Shown here piece by piece: positions 20,858 through 31,288 of a stretch of DNA of 64,000 bases. Position numbers and translations under genes: made by a program. This stretch comes from a candidate division FCPU426 bacterium. Lineage in GTDB: Bacteria > Oederibacteriota > Muellerivitia > Muellerivitales > Muellerivitaceae. The DNA lies in the NCBI GenBank assembly GCA_963796105.1, contig CAWCKJ010000012.1, positions 160,001-224,000 of the forward strand, given 5' to 3'. Under the pieces are notes generated by a model that worked only from the letters and a program-made list of their open reading frames with translations, was not told the origin of the DNA and made no database searches. Every line of letters starts with the position of its first letter. Within the stretch, counting starts at the first letter, position 1.

Positions 20858-21900
20858 GTTTTGACCGTCACTTCACCGGAAATTAATTTCAAAAGCAGCG
20901 CATCCCTTAGGCTAGATAGTTTTTGGATTTGATTTTGACCGGCTTTTATTCTTTGAAAGATTGGTTTCGCAAAACCGCCGAACTTTCTAAACGCAACATT
21001 ATCTGGAATTTGTATCTCATAATCACAAATTCTAGTTGGCGAAGTGTGTAAGATTGAGGTTCCTGAAGCAGTTCCAAGAATATATGCCCTGTAATCTTCA
21101 GTCATGAATGTGAAATACAAATAATATTTCAGATTTTGTGCACAAGGGCTCGGATTAAATTCTACTTTTCCAATTCGCTGATTATGAAGAAATTTTTTAC
21201 CTGCGATATCCGGAACAAAAGCGGGATACCCTAAGGTATCTCCTTCCTTGCTTAAGTCAGTCATTGTGATAATTAAGTCGTTCTCTGACAAAATAAACTC
21301 GTTTGGAACATCAGCCCCAGAATAATATTTGAATTTATCAGTTTTAAAACCTCCACCGATTTTGAAATTTCCAGGTGTTACCAGTATGTTCTCAGTTTCC
21401 TCACTTACTATGTAAGACCCAGAAAATGCAAATCCGTGCTTTATTGAAATTATCTCCTCTAATTTTGAAATCTTCCACTTTACATCCGCCTCCTCCACAA
21501 ACATCTTCCGCCACAACGCCGCAGCCATCCCCTCCAACGTCTTGTTCTGTCGGTGCAAAAGATTGATCTTCTCGTCCAAGCTGGAAAGCACACCGGCAAT
21601 GGCGCGTTGTTTGGGAAGAGAGGGAAGGCGAATATCCAGATCGTAGATTTCGTACTTGTCCGTGGAAGGAATCGCGGAACCGCTGTCCATTGCGTTTATA
21701 TCTTGAGTCAACAGATAGTTATATAAATAAAGCATGTCGATTTCTTCGGTTTTAGGCTTGGCATAAAATGCCGTATCGATTACGAAAAATGGTTGCTTCG
21801 AAAAATGAACTCCCCGATAAGCTCCTTTTCTTCCTAGGATGACACTCGGTATTGGGCTGAGAAAAGAGTCAGTCGAGCCAAATTTTCCCATTTGTTCCAT
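20854..21900 (-). CDS. hsdS: Type I RM specificity subunit, C-terminal part (frameshifted from the upstream MNT-HsdS N-terminus)
   Basis: TRD remainder (VILGRKGAYRGVH), conserved spacer PSLPKQRAIAGVLSSLDEKINLL, second TRD, C-terminal LRDALLLKLISGEV. Confidence 0.88.
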   Translation of the reverse strand: MEQMGKFGSTDSFLSPIPSVILGRKGAYRGVHFSKQPFFVIDTAFYAKPKTEEIDMLYLYNYLLTQDINAMDSGSAIPSTDKYEIYDLDIRLPSLPKQRAIAGVLSSLDEKINLLHRQNKTLEGMAAALWRKMFVEEADVKWKISKLEEIISIKHGFAFSGSYIVSEETENILVTPGNFKIGGGFKTDKFKYYSGADVPNEFILSENDLIITMTDLSKEGDTLGYPAFVPDIAGKKFLHNQRIGKVEFNPSPCAQNLKYYLYFTFMTEDYRAYILGTASGTSILHTSPTRICDYEIQIPDNVAFRKFGGFAKPIFQRIKAGQNQIQKLSSLRDALLLKLISGEVTVKT

Positions 21901-22291
21901 AAACGGGATAGTCGCCGCTTCCCTCGTAATTCTTTAGTGATTTGCCGTATTCCAAAGTAATTAGGTCCCCCAACTTGCAATCTTTCCATCCGGCGAAATA
22001 AAGAGTAATACCGTATTTGTCGATATGCTCGGTAAGTTTCGGATTGTCGATTGATGTGTAGGCGACGAGATCAAAGAAAAAAGGCAGCGCAGTTCCATCT
22101 TCCAGATCGACTTTCAACTTCGCCGCCGTGGAGGCGTTCACGTCACCTTTGATGGCGATGTCGACATCGGATGCTTCCTTATAATTTCCCATCGCGCGGG
22201 AGCCGAAGATCACGGCTTCGGTGATCTCCGGGTGCCTAGCCAGTACATCCCGAATCTGCCGGAGCTGGTCTTCGGAAAGTCCGAACTTCAC
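21869..22291 (-). CDS. MNT nucleotidyltransferase antitoxin fused to the HsdS N-terminus (ends at a +1 frameshift)
   Basis: GS-x10-DxD (GSRAMGNYKEASDVD), then WKDCKLGDLITLEYGKSL...YPVYGTNG, a typical HsdS start; GTG 22291 overlaps the HEPN stop (GTGA). Confidence 0.88.
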   Translation of the reverse strand: MKFGLSEDQLRQIRDVLARHPEITEAVIFGSRAMGNYKEASDVDIAIKGDVNASTAAKLKVDLEDGTALPFFFDLVAYTSIDNPKLTEHIDKYGITLYFAGWKDCKLGDLITLEYGKSLKNYEGSGDYPVYGTNGKIWLD

Positions 22292-22687
22292 AGTTCGCGT
22301 TCCTTGTTCTTGAAGTCGTGATACCAATCGCTAAGCAGGGGAGCAAACTTGTCGCGGATGAAGGCCACCGTCTCGTCCATTACAAGGTTGTTATAGGTGT
22401 GCGACGTCCCATTACGCTTTTCAATGGACTCCATCCAGACTTCGCCCTGAGTGATCAGCTCTGCCTGGAACGCAGTCCTGAAAACCTCTTTGGAGCCAGC
22501 CAAGGTGGTATGGCCCTCTTCCTCCAGGTAGTCCTTTATCGTTTTCCAACACAACTCATGCGTGAACTCGAAGGCCTTAATGAGAGCCATTTTATCGGTT
22601 TCGGACTGGTGTTCGATGGCGAGAATGCGGTTGAAGGGGGCATAAGCCTGCTCAAAGTTCTGGAAACGCTGTTTCCAACGAATGGGG

Positions 22688-22695
<8 letters not shown>
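22288..22695 (-). CDS. HEPN toxin (nucleotidyltransferase substrate-binding, HI0074 family)
   Basis: RWKQRFQNF, IKAFEFTHELCWK, R-x4-H-x-Y (RNGTSHTY). Confidence 0.9.
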
Positions 22696-24301
<1,606 letters not shown>

Positions 24302-24791
24302 TTCCTCGCGATTACCTTTACTAGATCCTACTGATTGTCACCGATCAGGGAGAAACATCCAATAAAAAAGAGCGGCAAATCTTTCCCTAGAATGGCTAAA
24401 AAAACGGTTCTGACTTCATTATTTTAAAACCCGGATATCAAACAAGAAAGATCCTGATTCCCTGAGAAAAGGTTCTGCATTGATGGCTTCTTATCCCACT
24501 GCGCCTTTTTGGCTTCAAGGAACATGAAAAATTGGTGAACAAAGGTGCCTGGAACTAAACTCCGTAGCTTAGTTCAGTGAACATTATCCACTTTAGAAGC
24601 TGCTAGGCAGATACAAGCGCACCCTTTAATTGACCCAAACCCCTCACGCCAAAAACCGGCCTTCATTATGCCACCAACGATAGACAATGAAAAATGCACA
24701 ATGGAAAATGTGGATCGTAAAAAAATTAGGAGTTGATGGCGAAAAAAATGAAAAATGATGGATTCGAGAAGGGCATTTTCGTTAGAGTCTC

Positions 24792-25122
24792 CTAACCCAA
24801 TCGAAAGAATTCCCGGGCGTTGTTGGTGGTTTTTTCAACCAATTCCCCGAAAGAAACCCCCTTCACCTCAGCGAGTTTTTCCGCGGTCAATTTCACGTAT
24901 GCCGGTTCATTCAACTTGCCCCGGTGGGGGTGGGGCGTGAGATAGGGGGCGTCCGTTTCCACCACCAGCCGGTTTAAAGGGATTTTAGCGGCCGCGTCCC
25001 TCTGGGATTGCCCATTTTTAAAGGTAATGGGCCCAGCGAAGGAAAAAAGACAGCCCAAATCCATGAACTTTTCCACATATTCGGGTCCGGCGGAATAACA
25101 ATGCATCACAATCTTTAAACCC
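24792..25122 (-). pseudogene. tatD: Duplicated 3' portion of tatD
   Basis: 24839-25122 is identical to 28472-28755; the last ~47 nt diverge; the 5' ~145 codons are missing. Confidence 0.9.
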
Positions 25123-25232
25123 ATAGCCTGGACAATGGGGTCAGGCCACCCGCACCGCAGCGTGTGGCCTGACCCCCTTTGTTTTTATTCGGCATGTCTT
25201 TCGTGGCGGGAATTTGAGGTTTTGTTAAAGGC

Positions 25233-26735
25233 TCAATAGAAATTCACATCATCCACCCACAAATCATAGGCTCCGGAATCCACTTGAGGCCATCCACCGG
25301 TATGAATCTGCCAACGGATACCAACCACCTGGGTCGGGTCAACGGTAGTAGCCGGGTTGCTTCCCCATGGATTCGTCATGTTGCTGAACGAGACCTGGTA
25401 AGGGGCCCAGGCCGTTGTCAAATTCACGATAGCGCCATGATCCGCATTGCACCAAGAACCACAATTGGGCGACGAAATATTCGGATCCGTCGTCGCGTCC
25501 GGCATCTCTACGTAAACAGTGGTGACGGATCCCGAACCCACCTTGGCATAAAACTGAATCCCCGTGTATGGTCCGCCCGGTGAGTTTTTGGCATTGTAAA
25601 GCTGGTCGTACCCCCCTGAAAGCTGTAGAAAATCCAAATCCACTAGAGGCCATCCACCCGCGCCCATGATTCCAGTGATCCGCGCGCAGCTTTGGGGACT
25701 GATGGAATCACCACCGGAGCAAAACTGTAAGATTGGCATTCCAGTCCCCGTTAATGGGCACAAAGTATCTGCGGTAGAATTATCGGTTGAATACCAAAAA
25801 CCATTCCTGCCGGCATTTTTTAATAGCAAGCCATCCAGGTTGGAATCCATGTTGTCAATCAGGGATGACGGCCAAGCGGGCGGCACGGACGAGGCGGGTG
25901 GGACATCGGTTACAAATTGAACATTGTCCACCGCGATATCGTATTGTATGCCAGGATAATAAATCTCCCATTGCATAAGACCAAGAGTCGTCACGTCCAA
26001 AACATGGGTTTGCGTTACGCCCCATCCCTCCGTCATCATCTGGTTAAAGTACACGGTGACGGCTTGCCAATTCCCGGGAGTAAGATTCATGTTGACCCCG
26101 TTAAAATCGGAAGAACTATTTGTTGTATTGTCCGAAATTTGAAATCTTACCCTCGGTTGGAAACAAGACCCGGAAATAACCGTTTTAATATCGAAGGCAA
26201 CACCCGTTGAGCCGGGCATGTTGGCGTTTATGTTGTACGACCCAAGGGACAGAACCATTTGGGCCCAAGGGGTTGTTGATCCGCTGGCCATGGCCAAGGT
26301 CCCGGTGATGGCGGCGCAATAGGATGATTGGTATCCGGGAGATCTCACAAGAATAGTGGTGCCGGAAGTGGCGCCATCCACGGACGTGCCTAAAGAATCG
26401 CAGTTAGCAAACCAATTTCCCGACCTGTTGGCGATAGGGATAATGGATGTATCCCCGTCCTCCAGGTCATCGATCAAATAAATATTCACGGTCGGAGTTG
26501 ATGTCACCGTGAGGGTCGCCGTGATGGTCGGAGTGTTCGTGATCGTGGGCGAACTTGTGACGGTTGGCGAAAGAGTGATCGTGGGTGTTTGGGTGATGGT
26601 ATAAGTGTAAAAAGGGGTAAAAGTCGAGGTGGGGTTGGTAGGTGTGGTGGGGTTACTGCTTGTGCCCGGACAACCGATGAATAAAAAGCTGTATCCAATC
26701 AAAAGCAAAAATATTCCCGCAAAACGCTGCTTCAT
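25233..26735 (-). CDS. Lipoprotein with Thr/Pro-rich linker and two galactose-binding-like (CBM11/CIA30-like) domains
   Basis: Signal ending FLFIGC (lipobox), (TPT)n linker, two repeats beginning LIDDLEDG/LIDNMD and ending IAVDNVQF/LWVDDVNFY; ATG 26735 with AAGGAG RBS. Confidence 0.75.
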   Translation of the reverse strand: MKQRFAGIFLLLIGYSFLFIGCPGTSSNPTTPTNPTSTFTPFYTYTITQTPTITLSPTVTSSPTITNTPTITATLTVTSTPTVNIYLIDDLEDGDTSIIPIANRSGNWFANCDSLGTSVDGATSGTTILVRSPGYQSSYCAAITGTLAMASGSTTPWAQMVLSLGSYNINANMPGSTGVAFDIKTVISGSCFQPRVRFQISDNTTNSSSDFNGVNMNLTPGNWQAVTVYFNQMMTEGWGVTQTHVLDVTTLGLMQWEIYYPGIQYDIAVDNVQFVTDVPPASSVPPAWPSSLIDNMDSNLDGLLLKNAGRNGFWYSTDNSTADTLCPLTGTGMPILQFCSGGDSISPQSCARITGIMGAGGWPLVDLDFLQLSGGYDQLYNAKNSPGGPYTGIQFYAKVGSGSVTTVYVEMPDATTDPNISSPNCGSWCNADHGAIVNLTTAWAPYQVSFSNMTNPWGSNPATTVDPTQVVGIRWQIHTGGWPQVDSGAYDLWVDDVNFY

Positions 26736-27083
26736 ATCCGACTCCTTTGAATACGAGCGTAACCACATGACATTGCCCAGCTACATTGCCAAGTAATTAC
26801 GTTCATTATCATTCGTTAACCGAGATTAACAGATGGCCCTGCCTTGCTACGCCGCCGGGTAATTCGCGTTAAATTATAATGATCTCCCCCAGTTTGTAGT
26901 CTAAATTTTGGGTTGTTGAAGTAAAACAAAGGGGGTAGATCGCCCGCCCCACAACGTGCGAAAGGGAACATTCATCACTTTAGCCCCAACCACCGTATCC
27001 ATCCTAAACCCATCAAGCGATTAGCCCAACTCTGAATATTTCTTATTGCTACCCTTCGCCTTACTAATGGAATAGACAAAAAA

Positions 27084-27362
27084 AATTATGAATTAGAAGT
27101 TAGGAATTAGGAGTTTAAACATTAAAACGCCAACAAATCGATATTGCATCTCTGATCAAACCGAACCACGAAAAACAGCACATTGGAACAACAATTAGGA
27201 ATTCGAAGTTAGGAATTAGGAGTGAAGGCTTAAAGCTGACCCAATCCCGCTCCTCGCGGAACTTTTGTACTTTTGCTTTGAGTTGTTGGAGGGTGGTCTT
27301 TGAATTCATGGAAGTATTCTAGGTAAAACAGTTAGGAATGAGGAGTTAGAAGTTAGGAGTTG
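27084..27362. repeat. Three clusters of 7-bp-period repeats (AATTAGG/AGTTAGG)
   Basis: Clusters at 27084-27115, 27193-27223, 27330-27362. Confidence 0.8.
27240..27309 (-). pseudogene. N-terminal fragment of a MazG-like nucleotide pyrophosphohydrolase
   Basis: MNSKTTLQQLKAKVQKFREERDW resembles the start of MazG-like proteins; similarity stops where the heptamer repeats begin. Confidence 0.5.
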
Positions 27363-27418
27363 ACTGGAAAAACAATGAAAAATTGTAGAAGAACCCTTAA
27401 GACATTATATCGTTGTAT

Positions 27419-27724
27419 CTAAGCGGAATGCGCGTGGATGCGGGTTTCGATCCGGGTCCATCCGGCGCGTTGCGCCAGCCGAAGGTCATAATCCGTTTGC
27501 AGGTTGAGCCAGGTTTCAGGTGTCACGCCAAAATACTTCCCCAGCCTTAACGCCGTGTCCGCCGTGATTGACCGCCCGCTGTTGACGATCCCGCTGATAC
27601 GGTTTGGGGGAACCATGATCTCCCTGGCCAAACGGTTGATGCTGATACCCATCGGCTTCATGAATTCCTCCAAAAGCACCTCCCCCGGATGGATGGGGAC
27701 TAATTTCTTGGTTTTCGCCGTCAT
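27419..27724 (-). CDS. higA: HigA family antitoxin (XRE HTH)
   Basis: IHPGEVLLEEFMKP, ITADTALRL, WLNLQTDYDL. Confidence 0.94.
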   Translation of the reverse strand: MTAKTKKLVPIHPGEVLLEEFMKPMGISINRLAREIMVPPNRISGIVNSGRSITADTALRLGKYFGVTPETWLNLQTDYDLRLAQRAGWTRIETRIHAHSA

Positions 27725-27732
27725 CGCTCACC

Positions 27733-28011
27733 TCAATGATAATCAATAATTTCCACGTCGATCGCTTCCCCATCGCGCCATCGAAAACAAATCCGCCATT
27801 GTTTATTGACGCGGATACTGTGCTGGCCTTCCCGGTCCCCCTTTAAGGCCTCCAACTGGTTCCCGGGTGGGACCCGCAAATCCTCAAGTTTCTTCGCCGC
27901 GTTCAAGTAAAGAAGCTTACGCCTGGCGACACGCTCAATATTCGCGAAACGCGCGACCACGTTATCATGAAAAAGCGACTCGGCGTCTTTGTCCCGGAAC
28001 GATCGGATCAT
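27733..28011 (-). CDS. higB: HigB family RelE-like toxin
   Basis: MIRSFRDK, LRVPPGNQLEALKGDREGQHSIRVNKQWRICF, IIDYH. Confidence 0.94.
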   Translation of the reverse strand: MIRSFRDKDAESLFHDNVVARFANIERVARRKLLYLNAAKKLEDLRVPPGNQLEALKGDREGQHSIRVNKQWRICFRWRDGEAIDVEIIDYH

Positions 28012-28016
28012 GATTA

Positions 28017-28045
28017 AGGGTATTACGCCTCTCGTAATATGTCAA
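28017..28045 (-). promoter_or_regulatory. higBA sigma70 promoter with palindromic operator; probably leaderless mRNA
   Basis: TTGACA-17 nt-TACCCT, ATG 5 nt downstream; TATTACG-N5-CGTAATA palindrome (28021-28039) between the boxes. Confidence 0.75.
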
Positions 28046-28424
28046 GGGGACCAAGGGGCCACCCACTCGCACCGCGGTTCAGAGAACTCCTCAGGGCTGG
28101 CGGTTCGGAATAAACTTTGATAACAATGAAAACCAAGAAACATTAAATACGCAGCTATTTAAAGATCCGGGATTTGTGCGATTTTTTAGATTTGGATTAT
28201 TTATGAAATTCGGTGCGGTTGGCACCTGGACCGTCCTTATACTCGGCCTTCAGATTTTTCATTTTCGCCGCTTTCATTTTTCGGAGAATCTCTACCTGTT
28301 CCCCGCCTTCTCCGCTTGCCACCCCGGATTTCGAGCCGTTCAAACATGACCGTGAATAGGGTTTCCATGAAAGGCAGACGGTCCCGGACTTCGCGATAAG
28401 CCGGCTTTTTCAGAGGTTAAATTC

Positions 28425-29195
28425 TTATTCCAAACGAAAGAATTCTTTGGCGTTGTGGGTGGTTTTTTCCGCCAATTCCCCGAAAGAAACCCCCTTCACC
28501 TCAGCGAGTTTTTCCGCGGTCAATTTCACGTATGCCGGTTCATTCAACTTGCCCCGGTGGGGGTGGGGCGTGAGATAGGGGGCGTCCGTTTCCACCACCA
28601 GCCGGTTTAAAGGGATTTTAGCGGCCGCGTCCCTCTGGGATTGCCCATTTTTAAAGGTAATGGGCCCAGCGAAGGAAAAAAGACAGCCCAAATCCATGAA
28701 CTTTTCCACATATTCGGGTCCGGCGGAATAACAATGCATCACAATCTTTAAACCCGAAGCCTTGGCTTTCAAGAATTGGTAGATATCCTCATGGGCGTCC
28801 CGGTCATGGATCACGATTGGCAAGTTCAGTTCCCGGGCAAGATTGATCATCCTTTGGAAAAGAATTGTCTGCTTTTGACGGTCCGAGGCGTGGTAGTAAT
28901 CCAACCCAATTTCACCGATGGCCACGGGCTTAGTTTCCCTCGCCAGGCGCTCAATTTCCTTTAAGTCGTTCTCGCTGAACCTGTCCGCGTCATTGGGATG
29001 GGCCCCGATGGTGTGATAAACCCTCCCAGGATGCCTGCCAGCCAAAGCTGCCGCGGCCGCGGAGGTTATCTCGTCGGTGCCGATGGTCACGCAGGTTTCA
29101 ATACCCGCCTCTTTACAGCGCTGGAGAACCTCGTTTTCCTGCCCGATGAGACGCTCGTCATCCAGGTGACAATGGGTGTCAAACAAACCGGCCAT
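28425..29195 (-). CDS. tatD: TatD family DNase
   Basis: DTHCHL, GEIGLDYY, IHDRDA, MHCYS, VETDAPYL. Confidence 0.96.
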   Translation of the reverse strand: MAGLFDTHCHLDDERLIGQENEVLQRCKEAGIETCVTIGTDEITSAAAAALAGRHPGRVYHTIGAHPNDADRFSENDLKEIERLARETKPVAIGEIGLDYYHASDRQKQTILFQRMINLARELNLPIVIHDRDAHEDIYQFLKAKASGLKIVMHCYSAGPEYVEKFMDLGCLFSFAGPITFKNGQSQRDAAAKIPLNRLVVETDAPYLTPHPHRGKLNEPAYVKLTAEKLAEVKGVSFGELAEKTTHNAKEFFRLE

Positions 29196-29266
29196 AAATG
29201 CCTTTCACCAAAAATTCACAAAATGAAATGAACCCAACCGGAATTATTTCGATGTTTACAAAGTTA

Positions 29267-29367
29267 CCCCCCACTTTGAAAAAGGGGGGACAGGGGGGTA
29301 TTAGCCTTTGGCTAAGCAGCAAGAAAAGACTAACTTCCCCTTAATCCCCCTCTTTCAGAGGGGGAGA
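29267..29367. repeat. REP-like paired palindromes (CCCCCC-ACTTTGAAAAA-GGGGGG ... TCCCCCTCT-TTC-AGAGGGGGA)
   Basis: Two GC hairpins in inverted arrangement between metG and tatD. Confidence 0.6.
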
Positions 29368-29401
29368 TATAGTGCGTCCAGGCTGAATTTGCAAAGTCGA
29401 G

Positions 29402-30952
29402 TTATTTCTTTTTTTCTTTCTCTATTCGGGGAAATAATGGCTGACCTTTCGTCACCTTCTGCCCTGCTGGGATTCGGCCCCATTCCCCGGTTTCAGATAA
29501 CGAATGCTTTTGGATATCATCCGAAAACCCAAGTTGGGACCAGATGGCCGATGCCGTAAAAGGCATGAAAGGCGCGATCGAAAGAGCCGTGACCCTCAAG
29601 GTTTCCATGAGGTTATACATGATTGTCCCCAGTTTCTCCTGGTTTCCCTCCTTGGCGACTTTCCAAGGGGCTGATTCCTCAATATATTTATTCGCGCGCT
29701 TAACCAACTCCCAAGCCTGGGCCAAGGCGTTGTGGTATTCCAAGTGTTCCATGGCTTTTCGCGCGGTTGGAATATACGCCTTACCCAGCGCTATCAAGCT
29801 TTTTTCCAAATCGCCATCGGATCCGGGTTTTGGGATGATTCCCCCGAAATATTTCTCCAACATGGTCAAACTGCGGTGTACCAGGTTTCCAAGGTCGTTG
29901 GCAAGGTCGCCATTGAACCGAAGCTGGAAGGATTCGTCGGTATAATTTCCATCCATTCCATAGGGTATTTCCCGCAATAGATAATACCGGACCGCGTCAG
30001 GCCCGTAGGCGGCCGCCAGCTCAAAGGGATCGACGGTATTCCCGAGGCTTTTGGACATTTTTCTTCCATCCTTGGTGATATGGCCCGTCACAAATACCAT
30101 TTTCGGGATGGGCACTCCCGCCGCCATGAGCATGGAGGGCCAGAGGGCCGCGTGGAACCTTAAGATTTCCTTCCCTATGATGTGAACGTCAGCAGGCCAG
30201 AATTTCCTGTAATTTTCACCCTTTGGCCAGCCAATGGCCGTGATGTAATTCAATAAAGCGTCAAACCACACGTAAATAACCGACCCCTCCGGCACCGGCG
30301 CTTGAATTCCCCATTTCAGGGCCGCCCGCGTAATGCAGACGTCCGGCAGGCCGGGTTTGACGAAATTGCTGACGAGGTCGTTGCGGCGTATTTCAGGGAA
30401 GACAAATTCGGGGTGGGTTTCCAGGTATTCCTCGATCTTCTTTTGGAACTTGGACATGGAGAAAAAATAGTTTTCTTCCTGAAGGCGTTCCACAGTACGT
30501 CCGCACTCGGGACATTTGCCATCCACCACTTCCGAGTCCAAGAGGAACCTCTCGTCCGGCAGGCAGTACCAGCCCTCATAATGGCCCTTGTAGATATAAC
30601 CCGCGTCCATCACTTGCTTGAAGAAGGCCTGGCAGGCTTTCTTGTGGTCCTCATCGGTGGTACGGATAAACCTGTCATAGGAAATCCCGAGTTTATCCCA
30701 CGCCTGCTTGAAACGATCCACCACCTGGTCAGCCAGCTGTTTGGGTTCCAAACCCTTTTCCTTGGCCGATTTCTCGATTTTTTGCCCGTGCTCGTCGGTT
30801 CCGGTGAGGAAATAAACGTCATATCCGTCCATGCGTTTGAAGCGCGCGATCGTGTCGGCCCCAACGGTGGCGTAAGCATGGCCGATATGGGGGATGTCGT
30901 TCACGTAATAAATGGGTGTCGTCACATAAAAGGTTTTTTTGGTTTCGGGCAT
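29402..30952 (-). CDS. metG: Methionyl-tRNA synthetase (short form, no C-terminal tRNA-binding domain)
   Basis: TTPIYYVN, HIGH, GTDEHG, YVWFDAL, KMSKS. Confidence 0.97.
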   Translation of the reverse strand: MPETKKTFYVTTPIYYVNDIPHIGHAYATVGADTIARFKRMDGYDVYFLTGTDEHGQKIEKSAKEKGLEPKQLADQVVDRFKQAWDKLGISYDRFIRTTDEDHKKACQAFFKQVMDAGYIYKGHYEGWYCLPDERFLLDSEVVDGKCPECGRTVERLQEENYFFSMSKFQKKIEEYLETHPEFVFPEIRRNDLVSNFVKPGLPDVCITRAALKWGIQAPVPEGSVIYVWFDALLNYITAIGWPKGENYRKFWPADVHIIGKEILRFHAALWPSMLMAAGVPIPKMVFVTGHITKDGRKMSKSLGNTVDPFELAAAYGPDAVRYYLLREIPYGMDGNYTDESFQLRFNGDLANDLGNLVHRSLTMLEKYFGGIIPKPGSDGDLEKSLIALGKAYIPTARKAMEHLEYHNALAQAWELVKRANKYIEESAPWKVAKEGNQEKLGTIMYNLMETLRVTALSIAPFMPFTASAIWSQLGFSDDIQKHSLSETGEWGRIPAGQKVTKGQPLFPRIEKEKKK

Positions 30953-31159
30953 TTTTTCTCCAAGCATTTAATCGTTGTTTTGAAGCACAGGCCTTCGATC
31001 ATTCCCATTCAAATTAAATATAAACCAAGGAACAAAGATAAATAAAATCAGAAATTTTAAATTCTAAAAGACATTAAGCAAAACCAAATCCTTTGCCACG
31101 GATTCAGGGGATGCACTCGGATAAAATATAGAAAAAAGGCTTTAAGCTTATGTTTTTAA

Positions 31160-31265
31160 ATCCCATGTATCCCATGCATGCCGACCTTCATATAAATAAT
31201 TAAAGAGGTCGGTATTGTACCAATCTCACAATAAATATTAAGGAAGATTGGCACATCTGTGGCTA
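31160..31265. repeat. Dispersed ~100-bp double-hairpin element, copy 1
   Basis: Near reverse complement of 61848-61942. Confidence 0.85.
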
Positions 31266-31288
31266 GAGCCTATTTTTGTCAGGTGTGG

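Noticed and set aside
24792..28755. Diversity-generating retroelement TR/VR pair
   Set aside because: Differences between the tatD copies are not adenine-specific and no reverse transcriptase is present.
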